Shown here: positions 24,021 to 38,197 of the stretch, one piece after another
Numbering within the stretch: the stretch's first letter is position 1
Layout: each line of letters opens with the position of its first letter
Assembly: GCA_943704425.1 (NCBI GenBank)
Contig: CALSCP010000335.1
Location: forward strand, 142,507 to 206,506
Source: Ministeria vibrans ATCC 50519
Lineage: Eukaryota > Protista > Filasterea
Length of the DNA stretch: 64,000 bases
Direction of reading: 5' to 3'
Position numbers and translations under genes: made by a program
The notes under the pieces: model-generated
The model's database searches: none
What the model was told of the DNA's origin: nothing
Seen by the model: the letters and a program-made list of their open reading frames with translations, nothing else

Positions 24021-24253
24021 GCAGTAAGTAAAAAGTAAAAAAAAAAGTTTTTTGGTTGTGACTTCAGTGAGATCGAATTGACAGACAAGGGATTAATCAG
24101 ATCATCCAAGTTTGTTTTACTTTTTTCACACACCACACCAAACTCGAGTACAGGACTGTACTCACTCTAGCTTCCGCTACACCTTCAACCAATCTTTTCA
24201 CCGGCCCGAGTGTCTCACTCGTTGGAACCAGCCGCTTCGTTTTCCACAAGAAC

Positions 24254-24294
<41 letters not shown>

Positions 24295-24748
24295 GACAAA
24301 AAACAGCAAATGACTTGACAAGACAGCGAGAAGAGTGGCAGACGATAGAGCACACACAAAGCATGGCCGGCCAGCCCGCCCTCACACGCACACAGACACC
24401 GCAAACTCGTCAGGAGCGTCTCGATGAACCAAACACCCCCAAAGCGCCCCTCGCCCGCCCTTCCCCCGCTTTCTCATCGCTCTGACCTTTTCAATTGCCG
24501 GGTTGATGATCTCTTTTAAAGCGGCCATCTCGAAAAGCTATAAAACTAAAACAACTTTACACTTGACTGACTGAATGGAAATTATGGAAGTAACTTTGGA
24601 GTATGAAAATATAATACAACGAAGAGAAATACAACGCTTCCGCCATAGACCAAGTAGGCAGTAGCTCCAGGAAGAAATTTAGAAGATGGAGCATCATAGA
24701 CTTATAGACCCAAGTTTTAACTTTTAATTCAAATTCTTTCGCACGCCA

Positions 24749-27700
24749 ATGGCTAGTGGCGGGGACATCGTGTCCGTTGCTGCGGCCAGTAGCGCCGCTG
24801 TGGACATGCCGTGTTTCAGCGTGTCGCGCACCAAACTCGACTTTGGTGATGTTGTCGTGGACGGACGACGTTCCCTCCAACTTGTCGCCCTCTCGTCGCT
24901 TCACGACCATCTTCCAGTGCTCGTGCGCCTTCAGGCGGCCCCCAAGGTTGACTTGACCTTTCAGTTGCACAACGAAAACATCGCGGCGGAGGGTACGGTC
25001 GCACAGGCTCAGTATTCGGAGCTGTTCGACGAAGTCGATTTTGTGCGCGAAGTCATCCTTGCCCCCCGAGAAACACGCACCATCGTGGTCCTCTTCAAGG
25101 GGCAGAGTGCCATCAGCGAGCCCGAGACGCCAGGCGGCGGCGGCGGCGGCGGCGGCTCCAGTGCCGCCACTGGCTTGAGTACTGCTTCGGTCGCCGCTGC
25201 CTCAACTTCAGATCCTTTCACAAACGCTTTCGCTTCCGCCCTCGACGGCGATCACGCTGACGACATCGAACGTTACACCTTTACACCGTTCAAGTCGACT
25301 GTTGTCTTTCATGGCGCACCGCTCTCGCCTCATCACAACGACGACGACAACGACTCCACCAACAGCAACAACAACACCATCACTCGACGTCACGGTGAGA
25401 CGTCCTTGTCCTTGCGCATTCGCGCACGCGTCTGTCGAAGTGTACTCGCCGTGCAATTTGACGACACCGACTTGCTGTTTGATCCTTGCCTCGTTGGCAA
25501 GTCCAGTCATGGACGCTTCACCCTGTGGAATCGCAGCGAGATCAACGTGGACTACTCACTCGATGTGCGTCCCGTCAACTCGCTCCAACCCGCCTGCTCC
25601 CTCACCTTTAGCGATTTTGAAACGGGCCAGACCATCACGTCAGGCACCCTCTCCGGCTTTGCCCATCGACGCATTCTTGTCACATTTGTACCAACCCAAG
25701 CGGGCCGTTCTCACACCGAAATCCACATTGAGAACACGCACAACCTCGCCAACGTCGCCGCGGTTCACATCCAAGCTTTTGCCTTTGCGCATGCTCCCAT
25801 TCCCGAACCGCTTGTGGCCGTTGCAGGCGATCGCAACGACGCTGGATTCATTGATTTTGGCGACTGCTACACGGCCATCCCACGTACCCGCCGTCTCGTC
25901 CTTACCTCCCTTGCCGACTCCACCCTCTTTGTCTCCTTCTCGTCGCTCACGTCGCATCGCTCGTCCCTTCACAAAAAAACACGCAATCCGCTTGCTCCCT
26001 ACGACATTACAGTCTCCTACGACGAACGCCCTCTACAGTCACCAACCGTTGTGTCTGGTGGCACGCCTGCTCTCGACCCAACGGCAAGCACCCAGACGGC
26101 CCTCCACGAGATCGACGACGACACCTCCGCGACGGCCGCCACTGCTGCTGCTGTCGACGCCCAGTCCGAGGCACTCGATGAGGTCACCCTGCGGCCCCAC
26201 GAGACAGTCGCTCTACTCATTCGCTTCACACCACACGTGAGTGACTCCCACGTCGGTGCACACCGTCGCGCACGTTTCTCTCGTCTTGCTTTCACCATGC
26301 AACTCCACGTCTCACTTCCCCCTGACGAGTGCTGTGCTCCCTCTTCCTCTTCTCACTTCAAACTACTTCCTCTCACGCGTCACCTTGACGACGACTATCG
26401 CAACACTCAACTGTACCATGGCGCTGACTCTGACTGTTTGCGAAACACAGCCACCTCTACCCTTCCCAGCTCAACAGTCACCGCCGTCGCCTTGCCTGCT
26501 ACACACGACACGTCGCACCCCGCGACGAAGCGCGTCTCAACATTACTCACCGCCGCCACACGTCAGGGTCACAGTGACTACGCTGATGTGGCCGAGTCCG
26601 CGTCACATCACGACCCGTCGCTCAACAGCCGAGTCTACTACGCTAACAGCCAGAGCGCTGCCAGAGCTACCCCTGCGCGACTTGGTCATCCGCGTCGCTC
26701 CACCTTGCTCTTGTGGTGTCGCGCTCGTGCCTGCACTTCCATTGTGACCCTCTCCAAGTCGGTGTTTCATGTGGGTGATGTGTGTGTGGGCAGCGTGAAG
26801 GAAGTGTGCGTGCAGGTGTGCAACATGAGCGACCTGCCCGCTCGAATCCGCTGCATTTTTCGCTCCACAGTAGTCACCAGTGAGCACACGGGTACCATCA
26901 CCATCCCATCACATGGCTGGGTAGATCTGCGCTTTAGAGTGTCACCTCGGACTGTCGACCCCGGCTACTCCAAGGTTATCTCCATCGCAAACGAACTCAA
27001 CACCTCCAATCGACTGTCTCTCGAAATTCGCTGCCACCTCGTCGATCCCAAGGGCACCTCGTTGCACGCCCTGTACTATTCGCTCCTTTTGCCCAACAGC
27101 TCTCGCGGTCAAATTCCCCTTGGCACAACACTTGCTCCTTCCCTTCGCACCATCACCGTCAGCAACATCACCTCTGCTCCCCTCACACTTGCACTCACCT
27201 CGTCAGCTCCCACCGAAGTTGCCCTCTTTCGCCCAGGTAGTGCCTCTTCCTCGCATTACCATGCCGATGTCTCCACAACGAACTATCCCAGTAGCAACGT
27301 TTCCAGAGCACACGATTATTCTACCACATACACCAGTCACGACAGTCGCGTTGGGGCAAACCTAGACGAATCATCGCCGCTTGTTCACAAACGAGCCATC
27401 ATGCGAACACCACCCAGCGAGCTGAGAAGTGTCCCCGCGGCCAGTCGAACACCCGATATTCTTCCCTCGTCCACTCTGGAGTTGTCCGCATCATCCGCCC
27501 GAGTGGCCACTGTGCCACAAACCAGCACACCGGCGATGCATGAGCTCACCAGCATTCCGCCCAGTCCGCTCGCTGTACACTTCTCGTCTCCGCCCCCCGT
27601 CTCGCCACCCTTGCCACACCTTTCGTCCAGCGCCACAGCCGCAGCCAGTAGCTCAACGGCAACGTCCGCTGTTGGCGGAGGCGACGATGACTGGCGCAGC

Positions 27701-30700
27701 AGTCATTACCTTGACTTGGCCGTTGCTCGCTCGCGTGTCAACATGGATTCGTCAGTTGTGGGCACGTCGAGCGGTGGCGGAACGGCCAGCGTACCGTCAG
27801 GCACAGAGCACGCGCAAAAGGCAACGCGAAATCTCTCCATAGAGTTGCCGTCAATGGGTGCGCCATTTGGGCGTGTACCATCATCGCTCGACACGCTCGA
27901 CGCTGAACGCATTGGCAAGTCCCGGTCGCGTCAACGACGTCCTTACATCCGCCTTCTCAGTGGTGGTAGTAGTGGCAATGGTGGTGCCAATGCCAATGGT
28001 AGCAGTGGCGGTGGCAGTAATGGCAGTAGCAACAGCGTTGGGGGTTCCAGTGATCCTCTTTCGGGGGGCCACGAGAGCGACATTGGCGACACCAAAGACC
28101 TGGATCGGGCTCGTGGTCCGCGTCGCCGAGGCCATCGTCGAGACAATAGCACATATCGTCGCGAAGTTACATCCCAGAAGAGCTCACGATGGGCCGGTGG
28201 CGACCCACATGACAAAGGAGGCGACGATTACGGCAACACTGATGACAACAACAACAACAACGACGACGACGACGACGACGACGATGATGATGATGATGAG
28301 GATGACGACGACGAAGACGATGTTGATGAGGATGATGACGAAGAAGTGGTTGAGTCTGGTGCAGGACGAAATGTTGGTCGTCGATCGACGATCTCAGGTC
28401 TAAGAGGTGTTGATGGAGAAAGAGGAGGAGGAGGAGGAGGAGGAGGTGGTGGTGGTGGTGGTTTGGCTGGGAGCAGGCGGCACTTGCATCGTCTTCATGG
28501 TACGGACGGTGCAGACGACAAAGGCTCTTTGAACGACGACGTGCGTATGAAGAACGAGCATCGATGGCGTCGACGTACACGCGCCGGCAGTGACATTGAC
28601 GACGATGATGACGATGACGATGATGATGGTGGTGGTGGTGACGACGACAACGACCGTCGTGACAATAGCAATGTCAAGTCAGAAGAGGTTCTTGGTCGCA
28701 TGGTCAAGGGTGTCTCACACATGCCGCATCATGTGGGACGTAGTGGACGGCTGGTAAAATCGACGTCCACCAAGATTTCACCCTTGTCCATGTCAGGTGT
28801 GGCAGGCAACGCGTCAAGCTTGAGCTCCAACATGCCCGCCTCGACGATGGGTCCGTCACGCTCTTCGGAGCAGACCCAGAGTCGCCGTCGTGGTCGATAC
28901 CCTGCGCATGTTCGAAGACGAGGACGTGGGCCTGTGCCTGAGCAGGACGATGACAGTGGTGTTGGCGAAGAGTTCCTCGCCTCATTACGCGATGCTTCTG
29001 ACACCATTCCCGTCTCGCCTGTGAAGCGCAAAGCCCGCAAAAGTGTGCGCCCTAGCAAGCTTTCACGCACCTTAGATACCACCGAGGGCGGCGTTGCAAG
29101 CTACTCCGGCGGCAAGAGCAATATCAATGGACATGACAAGAAGGGCGTGGAGGACGGGAAAGCACATGACGATGACGATGATGATAATAACGATGATGAT
29201 GATGATGACGATGGCGACGACGATGACGATGACGATGACGATGATGATGATGATGACAATGACACCGAGTCGCGAGTGCGTGATAGTGATGAGGTTTCTG
29301 CCGAAGAGGACAGCGACGGTATGGACATGGCTCGTGTCGATTTGGAACGCGACGAAGAGAATGGCGACGACGACCAGAGCCGCCGCCCTCCTTACGACGA
29401 AGACAACGGCAACGGCAACGACGACGATGGCGACGATGACACGGAAGATGAACGCGATCCGCTTGAGGCACTGCTAGACCAGTTGCGTGACAGTGAGCCT
29501 CTTACACCTCACCAGCTTGTACAGTGCCACGAAGAACTCAAACTGTACACGCACTACGACTCGGCTGGCGACGAAGAGATTGCGGTGCGTTTGCACGAAA
29601 AGCTTTTGCAGGACACCGCTTTGGCGCAACAGGACGGTCGGTTGCTGGCACTGGTTAACAATGTGGTTGAACTCGCGCCCAAGGGCCACGTTGAGCTTTT
29701 CCTACTGTACACACCACCGCCACCCACGTCAGCGGCGAGTGCTCAGAGCGCTGCGACGCCCGAATTGCAACTCTCACTTGGCGCCGGCTCGTCCCTTTCT
29801 ACTCGCACCGTCAACTTGTCCATCCGTGTGCTACGTGGCGACACAAACCGCACCCAAATGCCCGTTGAGGAGATGCCCGAGAATGTGGTGCCGGTGCGCG
29901 CACGTGTGTGCTCGAGTGGCGTTGCCATTGCCCAGCGCAACATCAACTTGGGCACGCTGGAGAAGCACGAGGCGCTCTCGCGTCGTCTTGTCGTTGTCAA
30001 CCACAACCCGGTGCCGCTGCCCTTCAAGGTGCGCAAAACCGGTAGCATTGCCAGTGGCTATTTGACGTTTCCGTCGGGTCGCTACGGAGTGGTCAAGGCC
30101 AATGCCCAACGCCAGATCAACTTTGTGTTCCGTCCCGCCATGCACGGCATCTTCAACGAGACGCTCACCGTTGTCAACGCACTCATGCCTGAGCAGCATG
30201 TCACCATCCAGATCAAGGCGAATGTGCGCAAGCCGTCGCGCTTTCAGCTTGGTTCAACGGCGCCCATCGACTGTGGACAACTTGAGGCGGACATCGAGAG
30301 CGACGAGTATCCCATTGAGATCACCAATGTGTCCAAGCGCGAACGTCTTTTTGTGGTCAGCTGCGACTTTGAGCGTGCTACCTGGCCTGCCCCCGTCTAC
30401 GTCGCATCCGTGGTTATTTCGCTACGTCAGGGCAAGGAATCACAGCTTGACTCGGGCCAGGGTGCTGGCCAGGTGCACCTCACCAAGGAGGACCACGACG
30501 CCATTGATGCGCTCGAGCGCAAGGTGCGCAAGTACGAGTCGCGTGGCCAGCTCGATCGAGTGAAGAAAGCTCGTGCCAAGATACACTTTCTCAAGACAGG
30601 CGAGGCTGTGGCGGACAGTGGCGAAGATGGAGGTGACACGACGGACGCGACGAGTGCCAGCGAAGACGAGTCGGACTACAATGGACGCGGCAGCACTCCT

Positions 30701-33700
30701 TCATCGACGGTCATGTCTACTGCCCGTTTGCACTCCTCATCACTGGGACTCACCGCACGCGACAATGGAGTACGCTACATTGTGCGTCTCGCCGCCAGTC
30801 GTCGATGCACACTTCAAGTGGCGTTCAAGCTAAACGAACGCCACGTCGGGGGCACGACCGCTGCCACCACCCCATTGACTGCACCACGATCGTCAGTGGG
30901 ATCGTTGCCTGTCATGGTTCAAGAGTATCACAATCCCGACGTGATCAATACGGTCACTTTCAATGCAACCTACTTGCACCGCAAACGTTCAACCGCCCTT
31001 TCTGCACCGCCCATCCAACAGCTCTTTCACGGCCAGCTTGCCATTGACGAGTTTCAACGGCGCACCACAGTGCGACCTGATCCAGTGCCCGCTCCCGAGG
31101 CCCTGACCGGCCTCGAAGTGTCACCCGCCACTCTCGACGTGGGCGCAGTGACTGTGGGTCAGCCGCTTGCCGCAGAATTTACCATGGTCAACACTTCTTC
31201 CAACAACCTTCCATTTGTGGTGCTTGCCGAAGAGGCTCATTTCGATGATGACCACTCTGGCGGTGGTGGTGCTGGCGGCAAGAGAGCCGGAAACAGCAGT
31301 GTGAGTGGTGGAGGTGAGGATGACAGTCGAGGCAACAAGAGCAAGGGAAAGCGGTCGGCGAGCGGGGGTGGAGGCGCTGGTGGTGGCGATGGTTCTGCTC
31401 AAGTGCTACGCTTTGGTGTGATGAATGGAAAACTTGGTGCCAATGCTCGTCTGACAGTGCAGTTCACCTTTACCGCCGTCAAACTTGGTCAGCAGCGACA
31501 TGCCATTCTTGTGCGCGATCTCAATCAGCGAGTGACTCGATCTATTACCGTGTCTGCGACTGCCCGACCTCCTCACTACGTTGTTGTGACAACGACGAAC
31601 TCCTCTCAGACAACTACCGCCACAACTACGAATCCGCTCTTTTCAACAACAACGGGCCCTGCTGCTGTTACGATGCTGCCAGTGACCGCTTCTGATGGTG
31701 TAGTCACTGTGAGCGAGCAGCCGACCGCCTCGTCGATGACAGCAAGCAATTCGCTGTTCACGCAGGGTGTGCTTGACTTTGGTGCCATGTATGCCAAGGC
31801 CTCGGACGAAAGTCTCATGCGAGTGTTGCCTGTCTCTGTCCGCAACGTGCACGCCTACCCCGTGCGTCTCGCATGGTCAACCAACATTGCCAAGCAAGTA
31901 TCTGTCTTTGCCGACCAGGCTCTGACACAGTCTCTTGCTAAGCCGCTTCTCCTTCCCGTCGCGAGCACCCTTGTTCTCTGGGTGTGTTTGCGTGTGATTT
32001 TGTCCAAGGCTATGATGCAGCATGGTCAGACACGCTCGGTTGTTGGTGGTCTTACGCTCACGCTTGTCCCGAGCGGCGTGGACGCTTGCACTGTTGCCGA
32101 GCGACTCACATTGAGTGTCACTGCCACTGTGGGGCGCAGTCTGTTGCGACTGAGCACGCACTATGTGGATCTGGGCTCGGACGTGGACGTTGACCATCGC
32201 TTTGCGGGCTCCGTGACACTCTCCAACATGACGACACGCTTGCCGTTGCGCTTCTCCATTGATGCCCCACCCGAGCTTGAGTTGAACCGCTCTGCGGGAG
32301 TCCTTGAGCCGTGTTCGCGCCAGCATGACCGCGACAAGCAAACGTCTGGGACGTCGTCGTCGCAAGCGTCGTCTGTGACGCAGGCGCTGCAAGACGGCAC
32401 AGTCTCCAGCGGGCTGGCCAATGGTACAGAGTCGAGTGGCACTTTAGCAATGTTGCTGCCTAGCGAGTTTGTCGTTCATTTCTCGTGTGTGGCATCCCGA
32501 CGTGGTCTGACGCAGCACGAGCTGTGCGTGCGCAACGAGACGGACGATTCGGTGCACAAGGTGACTGTGACCTTCTTTGTCGATCCCGACTGCATTCATT
32601 CCGACCTTCCGCCCCCCATGAGTGGCCGTGCGATTCGAGAGCTGTCGTTTCCACTTGCGTACGTTGCACGCGTGCCTCGCGACCGGCTACGGCGTCGCAC
32701 TACCCTCATGGAGGTGAGCGGTTGCGTCGACGACGAGCTTGAGTTAGTGCAGCACAACGGTCGCTCATGGCGTCGTCTCACTCTCGTGAATCTCACGTCG
32801 ACCGCGATGCAACTGGTGCCGTTTGCTGATGTGCTTTGTGAAATCGTTTGGTGTGATGCCGAGGGAAACCCCCTTATCAATGCGAAGATGCCAGAGCTGA
32901 CTCGCGTCAACGGCAAGAACATTAGCAGCAGCAGCAGCAGCAACAACAACTACAACAATAACAACAACAGTAGCAGTTATGCGGCAATGGTGATGCGGAA
33001 GAGCCGCCGCGAGTACGATCGTGACGAAGGCGATAACGACGACGATAATGATGACGATGACGACGATGGCGAAGATGAACACGATGATGGTGATGATGAT
33101 GATGATGATGATGCGGGTCGCAGTAGTCATGTTCGTCGTAGTGGCAACGGCATGCACGGATCTGACCGCCAACGTGGACGTGGACTTTCGCGCGACTTAC
33201 GCGTCTGTGGTGGCTCTCACCTGCTTGCGGCCAACAGTCAGGTGAGTGCACTTGTGGCGGTACCAGAGCCCGGGTGGCTTGGACGCCGCAAGTGGACCGA
33301 ACTGTGCGAGGGGAAGCCCGTGGCGTACCATGGTGCCGTGTACTTTGCACGCGATCGACGCGACACGGCAGAGCTTACGACGGCCGCGGCGGTGTTTGAG
33401 GACATTGTCAAGGTCATTGACTTGGCGTGTACCTTTTGCATGTCGATTGGTGTGGTGGAGCCGAGTCTGTTCCGCATTGGCGACGTAGGCTACATGTCTG
33501 GCTGGTCACACACGCCTGTGTCCTTCTCCGTGCGCAATCTCAGCCATGTGCCCTTGCGTTTCCGTCTCGCCGACCATGTGCAAACCGCCATTGTGAATGT
33601 CGCGCGTCTGCAATCCAACTTGACTCCGGTCGGTCTGAATACTTCGCTGTGTGACACACCCGTGATGTCTCGCCGTGTTATTTCGGCGCAAGACGTGCAT

Positions 33701-34943
33701 GTTTTGGCGCACGGCGAATATGCACACTTCGAGGCGCTTGTAGATCCGCGACAGCTCGATGCGAGTGTGACCGAGGAAACCATTGAAGTGTTGCTGCACA
33801 ATGTGCACAATCGGCGCAATGAGATGGTTGTGCGTGCCACTGCGACGGTGTCGACGGCACGCCTTACCTTTGGGGGCCTTGCGAGTGTGTCGACAGCGGG
33901 CAGCGGCAGTGGTGCGCCAACGGAGCGACTCCGTGAGCTTCGCATGCCTCGCTTGGTGATGCCGGCGCTGTCAGATACACCGGAGGTGTGCGACGAGTCG
34001 TTCACCTTCCGCAACATGAGCGAGGGCCCGGTACGTTTACATCTTGTTGTACAGCTGCAAGCATCCTTGGAGAGTCTAGTGGTTTGTCGCGTTGTGGAGC
34101 GACGGAGCAACGTTGACGTCGATGAGATCGTGCTCAATGCTGGCGAGCAAGTGGGCGTGCGCGTTTCGGCCAAGGCGCGTGGTGACTCGCACGTGCCGCG
34201 CCATCTCTTGGGCGCAGATCGTGTGCTCCTTGGCGAACTAGTGGTTTCGCGAGACAACGACAACGGCAGCTCGGCCGCTCATCCAAGCGACACTTCTGGC
34301 GGCAAAAAGGACAGCTCCAGTCGCGCCGTGCACCACGCCCGCCATGGCAGTGCGGATGAATCGATTGCTGAGTATGCTCGTGGCAGCGATAGGCGGCCAC
34401 GTAGCGCTGCTGACGATGGTGGTAGCGGTGATGGTGGTAATGGTAGAGGAGGCGCTGGAAGCCGGACGCTTGTGGTGTTGGAGCGCGTGCGACTGTCGGT
34501 GGTGCTGGCCGAGGAGAAACTTCTTGCCATCAGCGCACCGCCACTTGTGCATTTGGTGTGCGCTTCGGCACATGGCTCGAGTCTGTCTCAGGCGACGGTG
34601 ACTCTTGTGAACCGCTCGCAACTTGTCTCGCTCAACTTTCGCGTGCGTGTCGCAGTCGACGAAAGTCTGATTCCCGGCACAGTGGGTGGCCTTAAACGCG
34701 AGCTGTGTCTTGTCGAGCCCAGTTCGGGTACCTTGGCGGCGCGCGGCGAACAAGAGGTGACGCTGCGCGTGCCAAAACACATTAAGATTGTTGGAGTGGT
34801 GCCCATGCGGCTTATTGCGTATGTGTACGACGAAAGGGGGGAGTTGGAAGGGGCGGCAGTCGAGGCGCGCGATCCTCTTGTTGTTGTCGAACAGTCGCGT
34901 GTGGAGCACGGCATTGAACTTGTCTCAGCCGAACACGAGGAGT

Positions 34944-34980
<37 letters not shown>

Positions 34981-37895
34981 TGATGATAATGAGGCCAATG
35001 GCGCTGATAGTAATGTTGGCGATGCTGAGTCTGATGCGCAGAAGATGGGTGGTGATTGTAGCGGGGTAAAGCCTGCCACAGTGAGAGAGAAAACACAGGA
35101 ATTGCACTACGCGGAGAGCCGTGAGAAGGCAATGCGACCTTCGAGCATCGATATGCCGAGCTCAAGTGGCGGCAGCAGCTGTGGAACTACGTCAACGCTG
35201 GTGGGTGAAGGTACGAGTCGGAGTGGGATGTCAAGTGCTGCGGGCACCGGCATTGGCGGTGCTGATGAGCGTGGGAGTGAGGTGAGTGGCGATGAAGCAA
35301 GCGGGGGCAGTCGCAGTGCGTCGCGCCTGGCCATGGCAACGAGTGTCGTGGCTGCGACTGGCACTCGCCGTGACCGTGAGCGCGACAGGGATCGTGATCG
35401 TGAGCAGATTGACCGTGGACGTGCGACGGATGAACACGAAATGATGGGTGGTCTGCGTCTGACCGAGTTTGACCAATCGAGTCTGTTTCGATCGTTGTCG
35501 TTTACGACGGTCGAGGGTGCCAACGAGGCAACGGTGGCCCCTGACACGGTGGCAACCGGTGCTGGTACATCGTCTTTGACTGGCACGAAAGCTTCCTCTC
35601 CGACAACGGTGACAACACCTGCGCCATTGACAAATGTGGGGTCGACATCGATGTCGTTGACGACGCCACGCACCGTCCTGCAGGTGCGCAACTGCACGCC
35701 AAGCGGACACACGGCTGTGTACCTGATGGACTTGGGACAGGTACGGGAGGGCATGTCGGTGAGCAAGAACATCCAGGTGTACAATGCATCACGACGACCC
35801 GTCTCCATTGCCGTGTCGGTGGTGGCGGGCACGGGTGCCGAGCGGCACTGGCTGCAGGTACAAACGGCGGGTACAGTGCGATTGGGAGGTGGTGAGACGC
35901 GACGTCTGCCAGTGACCGTTGCAGTGGCCACACCCATGAGCATGTGTGGGCATGTCTTGCTGCAGGAGGTAGACGAGGAACGAGGCACGGTGACCGGCAG
36001 TGGTGTGGTGGTGCGTGTGATTGCCGAGGTGATTGGAGCTGAGGTGTCAGACATGGCGGTACGTCTGTGGGGTGGTGGACTGCCTATATGCGAGCGCCGT
36101 GAGAGACAACTGTTGATCGGCCTCTGTCTGTATGGTCGTTTTGACGACGGTCTTTCATTTGCCGTGCAAAACTCGACGGCTTCCCCAATGGGATTCATTT
36201 TCCTGCACGAGTCGGCGAACCTCCACGACGAGACACTCTTTTTGGCGGAGCGGTTTTCGGCGCGCGTCTGCAAAGGCATGTGGGTGTCCGCCCATGACTT
36301 ACAGCCGGTTCTGGTGCGCTACCGTCCCGTCTGCGAGCTACAACAGCAGCAGCAGCAGCAGCAGCAGCAGTTGACAGGCGTCAAATCGCCCAGCCAATCA
36401 CTTCCAACGTCCCGTGCCGTCTCACCGCGTGCCAGTGGGGCTGGTGTAAGCGACGATAATTCCGCTGCTGGTGTCTCACACTTTGCTCTTGACTATCGTA
36501 CGGTGACGGTTCATGTTCTCGCGCGTCTGTACCAGGGAGTGTCCGAGACGGTACGACTGCGCTGCTTTTGCCGATCGCCTCGCGTATGCGTGTCGACCAC
36601 GTCGCTGCTGTTTTCGGTCGACATAAGCACACTCAAGAGTGACGTGATCGGGTCTAGCACAGGCAGTGTTGGCGGTGACACAATGGGTGGCGATGGTGAA
36701 GCTGCTCAAGTGACGTATGGGCAGCTGATGGCGACACGTGGGGTCACCGATGAGCCGCTTGAGGCGCCTGCAGTTGTCGTGTATACGCACGACGACGATG
36801 GAAACACGCCACGTCCAGCGTACCCTATGGATAGTGCGTCAACGCCGGGTGGGGACAGCACGACCCGCATTGTGCAGCTGACGGGCCTTGTAGGCGAGCG
36901 CATTGCCGTGATCAACGACACGTCGGCATTTGTGTGCTCGCTGACACCTTCGACGCAACCGAGCGCTGTGCGTGTTGGTGCTGCGTATTTGCGGGTGCGA
37001 GTGCGTCCTCAGACGGCGGCGGCGCTGTTGAAGCATGGCGAGACCATGCTGCAGGAGCACATTACTGTCTACTCAATGGCGGATCCTGCCGAGAGCATCA
37101 CCGTCTATCTGCGTTTGTGTCTGGTGGCTGGTCGAGGCGACTCTGAGTTGCCCGAGCCGGACGCTGGACTGCGCTTTGCCGCGCGCTTTTTCCACGGCTC
37201 GCTCACTCGCGCTGCCAATGTGTTTGCAGCCCTCGAGGCGCGCGTGCTGAGCTTCCTTGTGCGCCACGACCCGTCGATGCCGACCAACTGGACCGACAAT
37301 GTGGTGCGCCTTCATTTTGCGCACTGCTGCCACGAGCTCCACTACTGTCTGCGCCACGATCTGGCGCCCTCCTTTGTTGCCAACGTGGCGACGCTGCTAT
37401 TTAACGGCGTCTTTCAGCACGCCGACTTTGTTACCGCCGCGCCTGCCGCATTGCGCTCCCTCAGCAACACCAACACCACCAACGGCACGACCAGCAGCGG
37501 CACAAACAGCAGTAGCAGCAACAGCATCAGCACCAGCACCAATATCCACTTGCGTCGCGGTCACAATCGTCCTGTCCTCGTTGCTGCCAACTCACCAGGG
37601 CGTCACAGCAACGGCACTCTCACCACCACCGAGCCCGACGATCACCTGCTCAGCGGTCCCTTTTCAACAACCTCAATCGGCTCCGCCGCATCCGAAGACG
37701 CCCACGTTTGGTCCGACAAGCTCGCCTTCTTTGTAAGAGAAGAAAGAACTGTATGATTACCTTTAAATTGTCGATTGATGTTTTTTTTTGTTGTAGATTG
37801 AGCGTGCTCTGTGTATCATCCATGCGGCTCCCGACACGGACGGAAGACTGTCTGTTGCGCGTCGTCTTGTTGAGAGACTTGTATCAAATTTGTAA
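24749..37895 (+). CDS. Giant (~4360 aa) protein with many ASH/PapD(MSP)-like Ig domains and acidic linkers. Exon 24749-37732 plus probable terminal exon 37797-37895
   Basis: 13-kb open frame with repeated LDFG/IDFGDC/INLG/LDVG...N.S..P motifs (e.g. FTLWNRSEINVDY, VCNMSDLPARI, VVVNHNPVPLPF, VRNLSHVPLRF). GTAAGA donor at 37733 and TTGTAG acceptor at 37796. Confidence 0.75.
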
Positions 37896-38122
37896 AGAGA
37901 TTCATAATTCTATTCCAAGAAGATTCTGTATGATTGTGTACTTATGAATGATGATTGTATGACTCACTTTGTTCTTTCTCCCTCCTCACACACACACACT
38001 CTATCACTTTGTTCTCTCTCTATCTCTATCACTTTATAACTAATATCATTTCTCTCTCCTGTCTCTCTACCTCACACGTTCTTTCTCCCTCTCTCGCTCG
38101 CAGTGTGTGTGTGTATATATTA

Positions 38123-38171
<49 letters not shown>

Positions 38172-38197
38172 GCGGTCGATGTCGCTCTGAAAATCAC

